From Spongospora subterranea f. sp. subterranea (taxonomy: Eukaryota), in the NCBI GenBank assembly GCA_049724395.1, contig JAUGWO010000067.1, positions 1 to 64,000 on the forward strand: DNA of 64,000 bases. Direction: 5' to 3'. The first letter of the stretch is position 1; the number at the start of each line of letters is the position of its first letter. The translations under genes and the position numbers were made by a program. This document shows, one piece after another, positions 39,001 to 51,279 of the stretch. The notes beneath the pieces were generated by a model. It had not been told where the DNA came from and made no database searches. It was given only the letters and a program-made list of their open reading frames with translations.

Positions 39001-41183
39001 AGTACAGCAATGCTGGGGAGCGAAACACTAGGAATGTTCCTTGATTCACGTGAATCAATGGATATGCTGCTCGAATGTTCCAGTGAGGGATTCGCCGCCG
39101 TTTTAACATTGCTTCGTAGTACGAAAGAGAAGCTCAGATTACAATCGTTATATTCATTGGTTACCAACTCATATGATTACTCGCTGGTCATGTTACTGAT
39201 TTATCGCTATGGAATTACAGGCTGCTATATCTCATAATCCGGAATACGCCAACGAGATCATAGAGAGGAAAGGGTTTCAATTGATTACTGATCTGATTAT
39301 GGCCGATTCGGTAATCGATGGTTTTATGATGTGACTTGGCGGTTTCAAAAATTGGACATAACTATGGTTCTCGATCAGATTGGAGATCCCATCGACTGCG
39401 TCCATATACTGAGAAATGTAGCGCGCAATACGATCAATCACCAGGAGTTCATCGACCATCGAGGGATTGCAAGTCTTCATAAGCTGTCAAACCAGGCGGC
39501 AATAAAGATCAACGATAAAGTGGGATGAATGCGACGTTTTTGTTCATGGTGATAATTTTGGGTGATGTTAGGCTCAATTACTTATACTAAATGCACTATC
39601 CGACATCGCCCACTATTTTGAGGATTATTCTCTGTCATCGGATCAATTACAACTGATGGTTTCGACTTTGGTCAGCCCAATAAGGTTCCATTGGGCTAAG
39701 TCCGCTCTCCATGAAATTCACGTTCTACTACAGGGATATCGATAAGAAGGGTGGATCTAATGTCGACCCTGCTGTTATAGAATTATCTGTTTTCGCTCTC
39801 AACTGTCTCCTCGTTAATGACGATTGTAAATGGTCTGGGAAGTTGATTCAATGCATATCTGGAATCTGATCATAACGGATCCGCCATGAATAGGTTTGCT
39901 GCGATGGATGGCGTAGCTGCTCCGTTGAACCATATTTACAATTCCACAACGGACCTGCGTATGATGCGTGTTGCATTAGCACTGTTATTGAGCCAGGTGG
40001 AATGTCAACGGACACAAGTTCCATTTGCACTTAAAGGAGGCGTACGACTTCTTAAGGATCTAGCCTTACACAAGGTCGGCACGCTCTTAAAGGGCCAAAA
40101 CTATTTCTGACAAATTGGACAGGATTTGTCCTTGAAGAAGAGAAAGGCTGTAGGGCATTTAGCAAGATGGCAATGAACCCAGATACACATATGATGATGG
40201 TGGAGGCTAACGTGCTCCCGATATTGATGGTCACAAGGTCTCATCCGGATCTGGAATGTAGACGGTTGTCATTGGATGCTTTTTTGTCAATATTAGACAA
40301 CGGTATAGCCACAGGAATATACTGCATAAATATTCATGACAATGTCTTTTTTAGCGAAAATTCAAGCTACGATTGAAAAAGATGGCGAAATCATCGATAC
40401 TGTTATTGCTTTATCGAAATACGGTATTAGTTCTGCAGTTAAGGCGAAGGTAGGGAATCTGACAATCAGTGAATAAGGACACTGAGATTTTTTGAGTAGG
40501 CGACGTCAATACTAGTTAACCTAGCGCAGCGTAGAAAATCGACTCAATTCGGACAAGAACGAAGAGAGAGAATGGATCGTATAACTAAGATTACATCAGC
40601 AACAAACTCCAATGCTCCCAGTCACTTAGACCAAGTCCCCAAACCAAAAAGTGGTTTTATTGAAGATCGATTACCGATCCTGAAGGATAGTGAAATTCCC
40701 AGAGCACAGATGCAAAGGGTTACTGAAAACGAAAAAGTCAACGCAGGAATAGGAAAAAACGTCACATCAGCAATTAAGCTTCGTGAAATGTGCTCCACCG
40801 ATAGTGGGAGTGAGGACGCACGACTACCAGATCCCCAAGATTTACAAAATGCACCAAATACTTGTTCCAATGGTCAACACGAGCCAACTGAAGACATGGG
40901 GTCAAGAACCGGAAATAGAATGAGCAGTCAACTTCTAACCGGCCATTCTGAGGTTGCAAACGGGATTGAAGACAACATCACACAAAGACTTGAACCAGCT
41001 GGCTCGTCCATTCCAACCAGATCAACGCAATCATTGACTGAAGATATCATATCCAACATAATCTGTCAGATAGAAGTGTTGAACCAGAATGGATCTGCAG
41101 TAGCGTCCACCCAGGATAACGCTCAAGGTGTTTCGTCAGTAGACCGGTTTGCTGGAGTTGCGCCTGATAATTCTCCTGAGTGA
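30064..41183 (+). CDS. Very large armadillo-repeat protein (Vac8-like repeats), dozens of short introns
   Basis: Recurrent ARM helix-3 motifs in successive exons (QRYAALCFGNVA, RYAIMAVANLAA, ATRALANLS, RYALLSLSNLAAN, ALMLANLAGN). Low-complexity final exon ends at 41183. Confidence 0.8.
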
Positions 41184-41283
41184 CCCTTCGACAATAGCTG
41201 ATCCAATTCCATTTGGACAGAATTTTATACAAAAATACAGTTTGAGTTGCTGTTTTATAGCTTTGCAATGTATTGGGATGATA

Positions 41284-44200
41284 TTAGCTTCGCTGGGTTC
41301 TCGATATACGTTGAACATTTTGAGTGATTGCTGACCAATCGATATGAAGATGGTCATTTGGTCCGCCTGCAGGGGGATCTAGAGCATTACATCGGACGAG
41401 ATAGGAGAGGTAGACACGGACTGAGAACAAACAGCCAAGTCAATTTACGAACGGAAACAAGCGGCGACTAACAGATTTTATCAAGAGAAGGAAACGGTAT
41501 CGATGAGTACCGCGTAACGTTGGTTCTATCTAGATGGAGAGAGTTCGCGAGATCATCAGCCCATGTTTCCGTAAGATGCGATATGACCGAAGCCAGGGGA
41601 TTGGACTCTGAAGTTGACAGCGACTGCAAAAGTGAGTGTCGCCACGTCGAATACGGTAAATTCGAAATCGAGAATCCTACAAATTTCGTTTAACCATTTA
41701 TAGACAAATTTGTATCCATACCATAGTCTTGGATTTGCTTGAACATTGACACAAACCGCATGGGTTTAGGGTTTGTTACATGAAATATAACAATTGTCTT
41801 CTTGGCAATTTAGCACTAGACCAATAACAGTTTTGGTAACGTAGTCCACAGGGCTGATATCGACGCTATGGTTTTGTCCTAGAAAAAAAGACGTTAGCAC
41901 ATTCATCTAACTATCAGAAACAACGTTACCTAGACCGAATTCCAAAAATGGACAAGAACCCAGTTGAACGCAGCCTGTAACTATAAATACATGATATATG
42001 GAGGTGTGCTACCTTACCTTGCACAAGTCTGACTAAAAAGTCGTCGCTATTCCAAACTCCGGTACGAGAATCGCCAGTAACATATCCAAGTCTATATATG
42101 CTCGCTATTCGTAGCACAATTCAGAATATTCCCGATACAAGTCAAAGAATAGCAACCTTTGATGCCTTTCTGTCGAGCTTTGGTCACAATCTGCTCTGCA
42201 ACCCATTTTGATTGCGCATACCCACCAGAAATTCCTAAAGTCTGGTACAGTTAGGCAAAGTAAATTCTCGCACATGGCGTAACCGACCGGTGCAGTCATT
42301 ACTCAGAGGAGACTCCATTATTGACGACGACTTAGCTAACGATTTCGTTAATGATGTATCGAGGACTGATGTCGTGCTGAGTGGCGTAGATATTAAAAGG
42401 AGGTTAATCAACAACAAATAATTATTAACCTGATATAATGAAACGGCTTCATCTTGGTGGTAAGTGATAATCTTAAAAGGGTTTTCGTAGCATCGACGTT
42501 CACTGGCCGTAATTTCGAGTACGGAAGAAGCCAATGAACAAAAGCGGCATTGTGAATAATCAAATTGATGTCTTTCGCCAGACTTGAAAACGCCTCCTAT
42601 TAGAGGTTTGGCCAATATTGGGCAGTCGGCATCCATCAAGAATATTTACCGGCGATAACCCCAGGTTGGGCTTCGAAAAGTCCGATAAAACAGGGACAAT
42701 ACGTTTTTCGAACTCAGACTTCCAGACAAGATGCGCTTGCAATGCTTGAACGATCCTGAATGATGTCAGTCAGCAGAATTTGGGTTAAATCTACAAAAAC
42801 AAACCTTAGTTTACCGGCGTCAATGGACGACGCCCGCACGGTACAATGTACAGTGATGGACGGATTGGTTGTTAAAATTTCTGCCAACAAGAAACATCCT
42901 ACAAACCCGGTCGCACCTGTCAACTAAATACGGATTTAAAGACATGCAGATGCCGAATCGGATAGCACAAAACGATACCAAAATATGTTCGATGAATTCA
43001 CGCTCGCCTGTTTCGCATGAAGGCGCATCTAATCCAGAGCACCAATCCAAATTGACCTCAGAAAGTAAATCCAATTGTCCTTGTCCGTCGCAAGGTCTCA
43101 CAGATTTGATAGCATCAAAAGAGTCAATCGCTTCAGACAGCTTCCGAATTGTTGGATTGAGAAACAATGTGTTCAAAGGAAGTGCCAGACCAAAAACTCG
43201 CGAAAGTTCTAATTTTGTAACAGTGAACCAGAGATATACACATATGAGAACAGGACAAAGCAGACCTAATGTGACACGGGTCGCCAAAAGACTGTGTCCA
43301 CCGCAATCAAAAAAATCTGCATCAATATCGACATTGCCGTCGTTTGGAACGAGTCTCGCCCAAACCCGTTCGACTTTCATTTCGGATTCGGAAAGAAACT
43401 CAACAGGCTTCTCGCCTGATGTCTGATTATCTGGAACGCGAAGCGCAAGGCGATTGATTTTCCCGTTCGGCGTCAACGGCATCGCCTGAATGATGTGTAT
43501 CTCGCTGGGGACCATGTAAACAGGTAAAGTGGCGCGAAGGAATGACCGCAAGTCTGCTTTGATATCATTCGAATCACGCTCTTCGTACCTCGTGGGCGCG
43601 ACCAACACGACAAACGATGCCAGGCGCTTATCTGTGGCCACAGCGAAATTTCATCAGTACCAAACCAAACTGTGCAAAGTTGAATGACCGTTGATGGAGT
43701 TACTGTCAACAACTATACTGACACACTCCTTGACCATCTCATGTTGTGCTAACCGAGCATTAATTTCGCCCAATTCAATTCGGAAGCCTCGTATTTTGAC
43801 CTGGATTGCATCGTAAGCATAAATTTGCAAAACACACAACGCGTTGACCTGGTCATCAGCACGACCTGAGCATTCGACCCATCCCTTGGAGTTATACCGA
43901 CCCAAATCCCCAGTGCGGTACCTACAGATGAATTCACATCAATATGTTATCGACGTTGCATAGCAAACGACACACATTCGGTCCCCAGGTGATGGGTTTT
44001 CCATAAACCAGTTATTCAGGAATTTTTCCAGGGATTGTTCTGGCAGGTTAAGATACCCTTGTGCGAGATGTGGAGAACGGACGTATATTTCACCGCGTTC
44101 ACCAATAGAAGCAAGCTTTCCTGCTGCGTTGACAATGATCATCTGGACGTCTTTCATTCCAATTCCAACTGGAACCACATCTTTGATAGTTGTTAAATCC

Positions 44201-47200
44201 TCAGGAACGATTAAATGTCCAACGGCGCGCTGGGTTTCCGTTGACCCATACATATTGATGCATTTAACATTGGGCGCAATGTGGCGCAAACGAGCGACAT
44301 CGGACTTGATCAAACAATCGCCCACAAAGAAGACAAGACGAAGTGACCTTATAGTAGAGCGGGTTGTGGCAGATGTTAATAATTGACCCATAGCGGGTGT
44401 CAAACAAGAAACACTAATGTTTGAATCGCGCATCCATTGAGATAATGAGCCATCGTAGATTGTGGATTCATTTGGAATGCAGATGCGAGCGCCAAAGAAT
44501 AAAGGCGTAAAGATATCCCGCTGAAGAGGATCATGGGCAATGCCAGAGCACATACTATGCAGCAAATTACTCAAGCGACAATGAAAGAACAATAAAATTC
44601 GACTAACCTAAACCGGTCCTCGGAACTGATGTTAAATGTGCTTTTCATCCATGGATAAAAATGAGTAAGCGGGCCATGACGTCCGCACACACCTTTTGGC
44701 AAACCGGTCGATCCGGAAGTGAAAGTCACTACAGCGATACTGTCCTGCGTTATACTCACGGGTGTCGCTGCGTCCCGGCAAATAGGGGAATTATTTTCAA
44801 CAGGAATACTGATAAAATCCATCGGATTACTGAGATCAGGCAGCGCGATCTTGATTTTGAGATTTAACTGCTGATCTAAGAACGAAGAAATCTCGTCTGG
44901 AACGGCGCCGGCTGCATCAATGGAAATCCAAACCGATGGACGCGCGATTTTCAAACAGGATATAATCCTGGACGGTGGATATTTAGGGTCCATCATCGTA
45001 AAAGAGGCTCCAGCTTTAAGGGTTCCCATTATTGCCCAAACCACCGATGCGCTTCGGTGTCCGTATATGGCAACGATATCGTCGGTCTTGACACCACTGA
45101 GTCTGAGCGTAGCAGATAGCCAAGATGAGCACATATATAGATGATGATAAGTAATATTAACACCTAAATCAACTAAGTAAATGAGAATTGAAAGAAACTA
45201 GTGTAATTACCCTCTGAAGATATAGCAACGCAGTGCGCATAGTATTTGGCATTGCGAGCGAAGATGTCTGTAATGGGACCAGGCCAAGAAGCATCTAAAG
45301 GTTCGGCTGGGTCCGGGATGAGGTTCTTCCATTGGTTGCTGATCAGATTGACGTCTAAAATTGAAGCATTTCTTTCGTTCGTGGAAACAACGTGACAAAC
45401 CGAATCGGCAAACTCCTGGATTGATTCTGGCAGATACACGCTCGGGTTATAATCAATGGTGACGGCGCCATCGGGCCAGATCCGAAGAGACACGTCAGCG
45501 TCGCCAATTGTTTCTCGAAAAAGACTTCTCAAGCTCAAATTTCGCTCAGCGATGAATTCGAAATGTGGTTTGAAGTCAACAGAATTGGTAAATCTAACAG
45601 GAAGCTCTTGATGTGACATGGTATTGAACCACTGCTCACAAACATGGTTAAACAAATCCTTCAGCGTCATCGTATCAGAAATATCAAACCGGAGCAGTGC
45701 TCTCTCTTCAAACGGACCAATAGAATGTTTCAGCGATGACCTTAAGAGCAATTAATACATGGATATGCATGCAATGACTCCTATACCTGTTCCTATGATC
45801 GATGTAGGTCCCCAATAGAAAATTTGGCTCCAAAGTACGCCGATAGAGGATAAGGACGGCAGCCGTGAGAACAAACATTTCGGGATTGGGGATAGCACAC
45901 ATCGCTTCAGGAACAACAACGGAGTACCGAATTCTCAGGGAACTACTAAAAATAGTGTTAATTCTAACAAATGCACGAAAACATGAACAAAAGTACCTTT
46001 CCGATTCACAAGCAGAAAGATCTCCAGGAAGCTGAATATTCAAAAGATCGCTTCCTGGTGTGCCGTCAGACAGAAGGTTTTCCCAATAAGCACGGTCGTC
46101 GAGTAAAAGGCGAAACTGAGGGTTGTCATTTTCGCGACCAGAGAGCATTCTTTCTATCTGCGTCGTTTGCCAGCAATCAAAGTTGAGATATCCAATGGAG
46201 AAAGGGATTGGTTCGGGATTGGTGATTTGGCTAAGCAGAATCGATGCCGATGTTTGATCCGCGATTGCAGGATGAACCGCAAGCGCGATATGCTGGTTGG
46301 AAAGAAGTATTTGGATGGGCAAACCAGTTGCGATGAGATCGTTCGCAGTTTTGACCGCACGCGCTGCAAAGTCGTGAAATGTAGTTTGGTCATTCAATAC
46401 CGCAACGGTTTCATCCGATGAAAATTCACCCGTCGGTCTGATCACGCGAACAATTCCCTCTGAATCAATCTGCGTGTTAAGAATGGGAAGGCGTTGGCAA
46501 ATCTGCCTGACTCGATCTACGACAGAAGACTGGAAAGCTGAGATTGGACTTTCTGATGGTATCTCCTGTAACTCGACGACAGGAATACGTTTTCCGGGGT
46601 TGTGAAAGTGATCGGGCACATCCACTTCCAATTTGATTGACAGGCCCTCGACACAGGAAGAATAAACCGCCTTCGCACGTGCCCAAACGAGATCATCCTC
46701 AGACGTAAATAAGTCAAGCAACAGCGGAGCCAGCTGAGAGCTGAATTGTTTACTGGTTTCAAGCGGAATCAGACTGGGGAGATTCGGGATGGCGATCAAA
46801 TCCAGTGGACAGCGTCCATTTTGAGCTTCAATCAACGTCTGAGTGGGCGCCGCAAAAAACGAGGATTTTTGATAGATCGGGAAGGGGTTTTGGGCAGATC
46901 CTGGCTCACAACTGATATCGACAATGACGGACAACCGCCGCGGTTCCGTCCTGATAATCTCATTCGTCAGCCACGGTGTCGCCAATGACGCATCGCCAGG
47001 GTTAATTCTGATAGCGTTCACGACGATATCAAAGTCGAGAAGTTCAGGAAAAGGCCCCCCTCGAGAAGTCTGTTCACGCGTCCAGGTAACCACGTCAAGG
47101 CCCAGAGAAGACGCGAAATCAACCGCTCCGGAACCACAACGGCCTTGGGCACCGATAATGCAGCACCGGGGCTTTTTCTGTGTGAATTGTTCTGCCATTT

Positions 47201-47904
47201 TTACAAGGGCTTCAACACAGTCCATCGTCAAGTTCTCATACATTGTGGCGGGCAACGAGGCACCGGGATATCGACATGCCAAGGCTTGACTCGACCAGGC
47301 GAATAATCCACTGGGAAATACAGTTAGATAACGGCAGGGTCAGATGCAACGGCAGTTGCATACGATGATAGTCCAATTGCTCCAGCAGTATACCCGAATG
47401 ATGCAAGACGATTGTTGGAGTCGTCGGTCAGGTATTCGAAGTCCAACAGAGAACCTCCGCCTCGGATGAACGGAAGCAGATTGCGCTGCCATTGGGGTTG
47501 ACGCTTGAATGAATGCGCGAAATAGGCGTGATCATGAACAAATTTATCAGGGAGAGGATGAGGCTGACGCAACCCGACAATCAAAACTGTTGTTGGGGCA
47601 GACTGATAGGAGTTTGGATCGACAAGAACACATCCGCAATCGAAAAACTCCTTGTCGGAGAATGCTCTTTCCACTGACCGTTCAACAAAAACCCTAGGCA
47701 ATGACGTGTGAGCGGGTTCCGCGTTTCGTAAAAACATTTCGAGTAGATTTACTTGATTCCGCGCTGGATCAGCAATGCAGTTGAATCCGGAGTCAAGGGC
47801 GACCTTCGATCCACTGAACGATGATCGGGCCGTGCACCTCGTGGGCATACGCTTTCCGACTCGGCCCTTAGCCAGATTCCTGTATAGCGCCCATCAGGTC
47901 GCAT
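41284..47904 (-). CDS. Fusion protein: Lys1-type saccharopine dehydrogenase domain + condensation-like domain + Lys2-type L-2-aminoadipate reductase (A-T-R)
   Basis: Lys1 motifs: [69 protein letters not shown]. Lys2 motifs: [75 protein letters not shown], carrier [13 protein letters not shown], reductase [36 protein letters not shown] 45708-47282 spans the Lys1/C junction with no stop. Confidence 0.92.
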
Positions 47905-48310
47905 GATCCGCTCTTGTTATCTATTAAACTGCACTGATTTCTGAGCAACCGTTCGGAGCGACCGCCTCTTCTATAGCCTGTGTCTCGACAGTAACTATCG
48001 CGAGAGCCATGCGGACTGGGCTGAACAACAGCCACAGTCAGGAATGGGCGACGTGTCGCCGCGTTGATCGCCCCACATTTACTCATGTCCATAACGTACT
48101 GCAAGTTCTATTTTTAATTACGGCAAAGTCGCCCCCCACTGTGGAGTGTGGACTCGCAACGAAATCGACCAACTCTGGAACTTTGGTGCAGTGTGGACAT
48201 TCCGAAGGAATCTCGAAAGTCCGACTGGTGAAATCGCCACGTGCAACATGTGAACTTTTTTTTCCGGAAAGCGGATGCAACGCCAATAGGTGGAATTTGA
48301 AAGGTTCAAA

Positions 48311-48986
48311 ATGGGGTTTCCTGATTTGAAGTTGATCTGCTGCGACCGGGTTGGGCGTGCTGAGCCAATTCGACTGGCTCTGCATATATCGGATATACCT
48401 TTCGAGGATGAACGTTTGTCAGACCAGGAATGGGAGTCGTTCAGACGGAAAACCCCATTCGGTACCTGCCCAATCATGACGGTTAACGGCACCCTTTATT
48501 CCCAGACAGCAGCGCTTCTTCGCTATGCCGGCTATATTGGGGGATTAGAGCCCAGCAACCCAATCCTTAGGCTCGCCGTCGATCAGATACTCGGCGGAGT
48601 GGATGACGTCGTCAACGCGCTGGTTCCGTCGATCCACGAAACGGACGCAGCTAAGAAAATGCAGCTGCGAACTGAGGCTTTAGAGACCCAGCTGCCACCT
48701 TACCTACAAGGGCTCGATAGCCTGGCCGGGCAGACCTCTGAAGGCTTCTCAGTTGGAAATCAACTAACAATTGCAGATTTATCCATATACAGTTTATTGA
48801 ACTGGTTCAAATCTGGTATGGCCTGTTTGCTGCCGATAGCATTGCTCTAACCCCCTAACCAAAGGCGAGATTGAAGGCTGTCCTCCAGAGGCAATTGACA
48901 TATACGCGAACCTGACAGCGGTTCACAAAATGGTCTCCAAGAAGCACGGCAAAGTCGCTGACTGGATCGCGGCGCATCGCCCTTAA
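48311..48986 (+). CDS. Glutathione S-transferase, sigma-like (2 exons)
   Basis: GRAEPIRLAL...FEDERL, TPFGTCP, SQTAALLRY, LTIADL. Divergent from the fusion gene across ~400 bp. Confidence 0.93.
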
Positions 48987-49483
48987 GCAGTTTTATCTGC
49001 TGGACAACGGAACCATGCAACGACCCTACGGTTCCCGTTGACTTCAAGAACGACGCCACCGGATGTCCAGTGTCATTTGAAAACCTGTTCAGTTATATCA
49101 CAACGTTATTAAAGCAAAACACAAACGGTTCAGTTATTCTGCGATACGTCGTCTCGTACAGCACCTACCCCTGCCGAGCTCGCGTTTACCCGATGGATAA
49201 TGAAAGGGATGTTAGAAAATACAACAGACATAGCCGACACGTTGTTTCGCGATGGCAGAACCGGAATTATAAACCCCAGCAGTTGAGCGAACAGATCCGC
49301 GGGCTTCGTGAGTTCAAAATAATGTTAGTCTATGTTAAAAGCGAACCGTGAGATCAGCTTTTTTTACCAACGTTTACGGTCGCGGAGTTTGTCGTTGGAA
49401 AAAAAAGTCCGTTCCGGTGTCCGCGCTTGGCGGTGAGAAGCCAGGGCCTGAGAGAAGTACGGCTTCATCACGTTGATCGAGTA

Positions 49484-51099
49484 ATGGAGGATTTTCCTCG
49501 TTGCTTCGTGAAATTCGCCGCCTTGAAGATTTGATCTCTGATGATACATTGAACATCAACGAGATCCCTAAATTATTGCAGATCTTAGACGACAATTTGC
49601 TTTCTTTCAATATCGCACTTACCGCAATACAATCTCTTCGCCGAGTTCTCTATTCCCGAGCAGCCGACAATGGCGTTTTGGTACATGAGACAAGCGACAA
49701 TGACGCGGTTCAATGGTTGCAGGCAAAACTAGATTTCTTCATCTCCCTTCTGCTGCGCTGTCTCCACGGCGAGGATGAACGGCTTCATGTTGTTGCAATT
49801 GATTCTTTGATGGATCTGGTCAGCGTGCAGTGCGACATCCGCTCACCCTTTCCTATCGATTTGTTTCTCCGGTTGATCCGCTCGTTGACTGCTAATTCAT
49901 CCATCGGCAAGGCTGGGCGAATGCACTTTCTGAAGGCCTACATGGCTGAGTTCGATGACATTCAATACTGGACCCTTCGAGCATTAAAACTGGCTCTCGA
50001 TGACGTCGATGTGACTCTTGCCAATGTTATTGAATATGACGAGGACGCCTGCTCAGATATGGTTTATGAAAACTCGACATTGATCTTAATCCAGTGCGAA
50101 GTCTTCGTGGGAAAAGAAGAAGAGGCATTATCAGGAAGGTATTTTTCATCTGCAAAAAAGCACGGAAAGGCTGCTCAAGCAAAGTCGCATTCTAACGCGC
50201 TAAATCGTGCATGGAAATCGTTGCTCTGCAGTGAAGATCTACCTCGTTCTTTGATCAAGCTCATACTGTCGAACATGAAGAGTGTGATCATCCCGTGCTT
50301 CAGAGAGCCGCTGATGCTTTGCGATTTTCTCACTGATTCATATCATCACGGTGGCGTCATCACGATTCTGGCGCTGGAAGGTGTATTTATCCTAATAACT
50401 GAACACAATCTCGACTATCCGGATTTCTACAACGATCTGTACGCGGTGTTGACGTCCAGCATTTTTCACGTTAAATATCGCGAACGATTTCTCACACTTG
50501 TTTGGAAATTTCTGCGTTCAAGTCACCTGCCATCATATCTTGTCGCAGCGTTTATCAAAAAGTTTGCCCGCCTTGCAATAACTGCTCCCCCCTCTGGCGC
50601 ATTATTCGCGCTCGCAATCATTTTCAATCTTCTGCGACGTTTTCCTTCATGTCGAGGTCTGCTGGATCGCAAGGTAAACATCGGTCGTTCATCAAAATCA
50701 TAGCCCCAGCTGATCAGTTTCGCAGGACGCGGAATCACCGAATGGCACCGATCCGTATATCGACTCCGAAAAGGTTCCCAAAATGTCAAATGCTATTGAC
50801 AGCAGCTTGTGGGAATTGGTAACTTTGAAATCCCATTATTGTCCAGAAGTCGCTCGTTTAGCATCAAATCTGGACCTCTCCGGTTTACCAATCGTTGATT
50901 TTGATCTAAATACCTATTCGTCGTTCACGTACGAAACGGTTGGTCTCGGAACGTCCCAGCTGTCTCGCTGTTGTTTAACCTGTTCCACCAGTTGATTGCT
51001 AAGCATAAATCGAAGCGTAGGAAGGTCACCATGGCGATCGAGGCCCCAAAGTCACTCTTTCCAAGTTCTCTTTGCGAATACTTTACCATGCCTGTATAA
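49484..51099 (+). CDS. NOC4: Nucleolar complex protein 4 (CBF/Mak21 domain); nearest ATG is out of frame by 1 nt
   Basis: PLMLCDFLTDSY..GG...LALEGVFILITEHNLDYPDFY..LY, KYRERF, SSHLPSYLVAAFIKKFARL, SSLWEL..L..HY.P.V. Confidence 0.92.
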
Positions 51100-51279
51100 A
51101 CTGTGTAGATTTTTTTTGTTGCCTTGTTTACCCATTTCGCTTCCGGAAAGAGGTTTCTGGTCAGAAAATTAGGTGGGCTGGGCTTCGAACTCTCTAGGCT
51201 ATGTTTGTTTTTGCAATGGCTTTGAACGCTGTGGTATTTACCTACAGACGCAGTATTGCCGACGACGCATGTCTCAGTC

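Noticed and set aside
42230..42290. Apparent frameshift in the Lys2 reductase domain
   Set aside because: Resolved by an intron (gtcggtt...ctttag) that gives [14 protein letters not shown] in frame.
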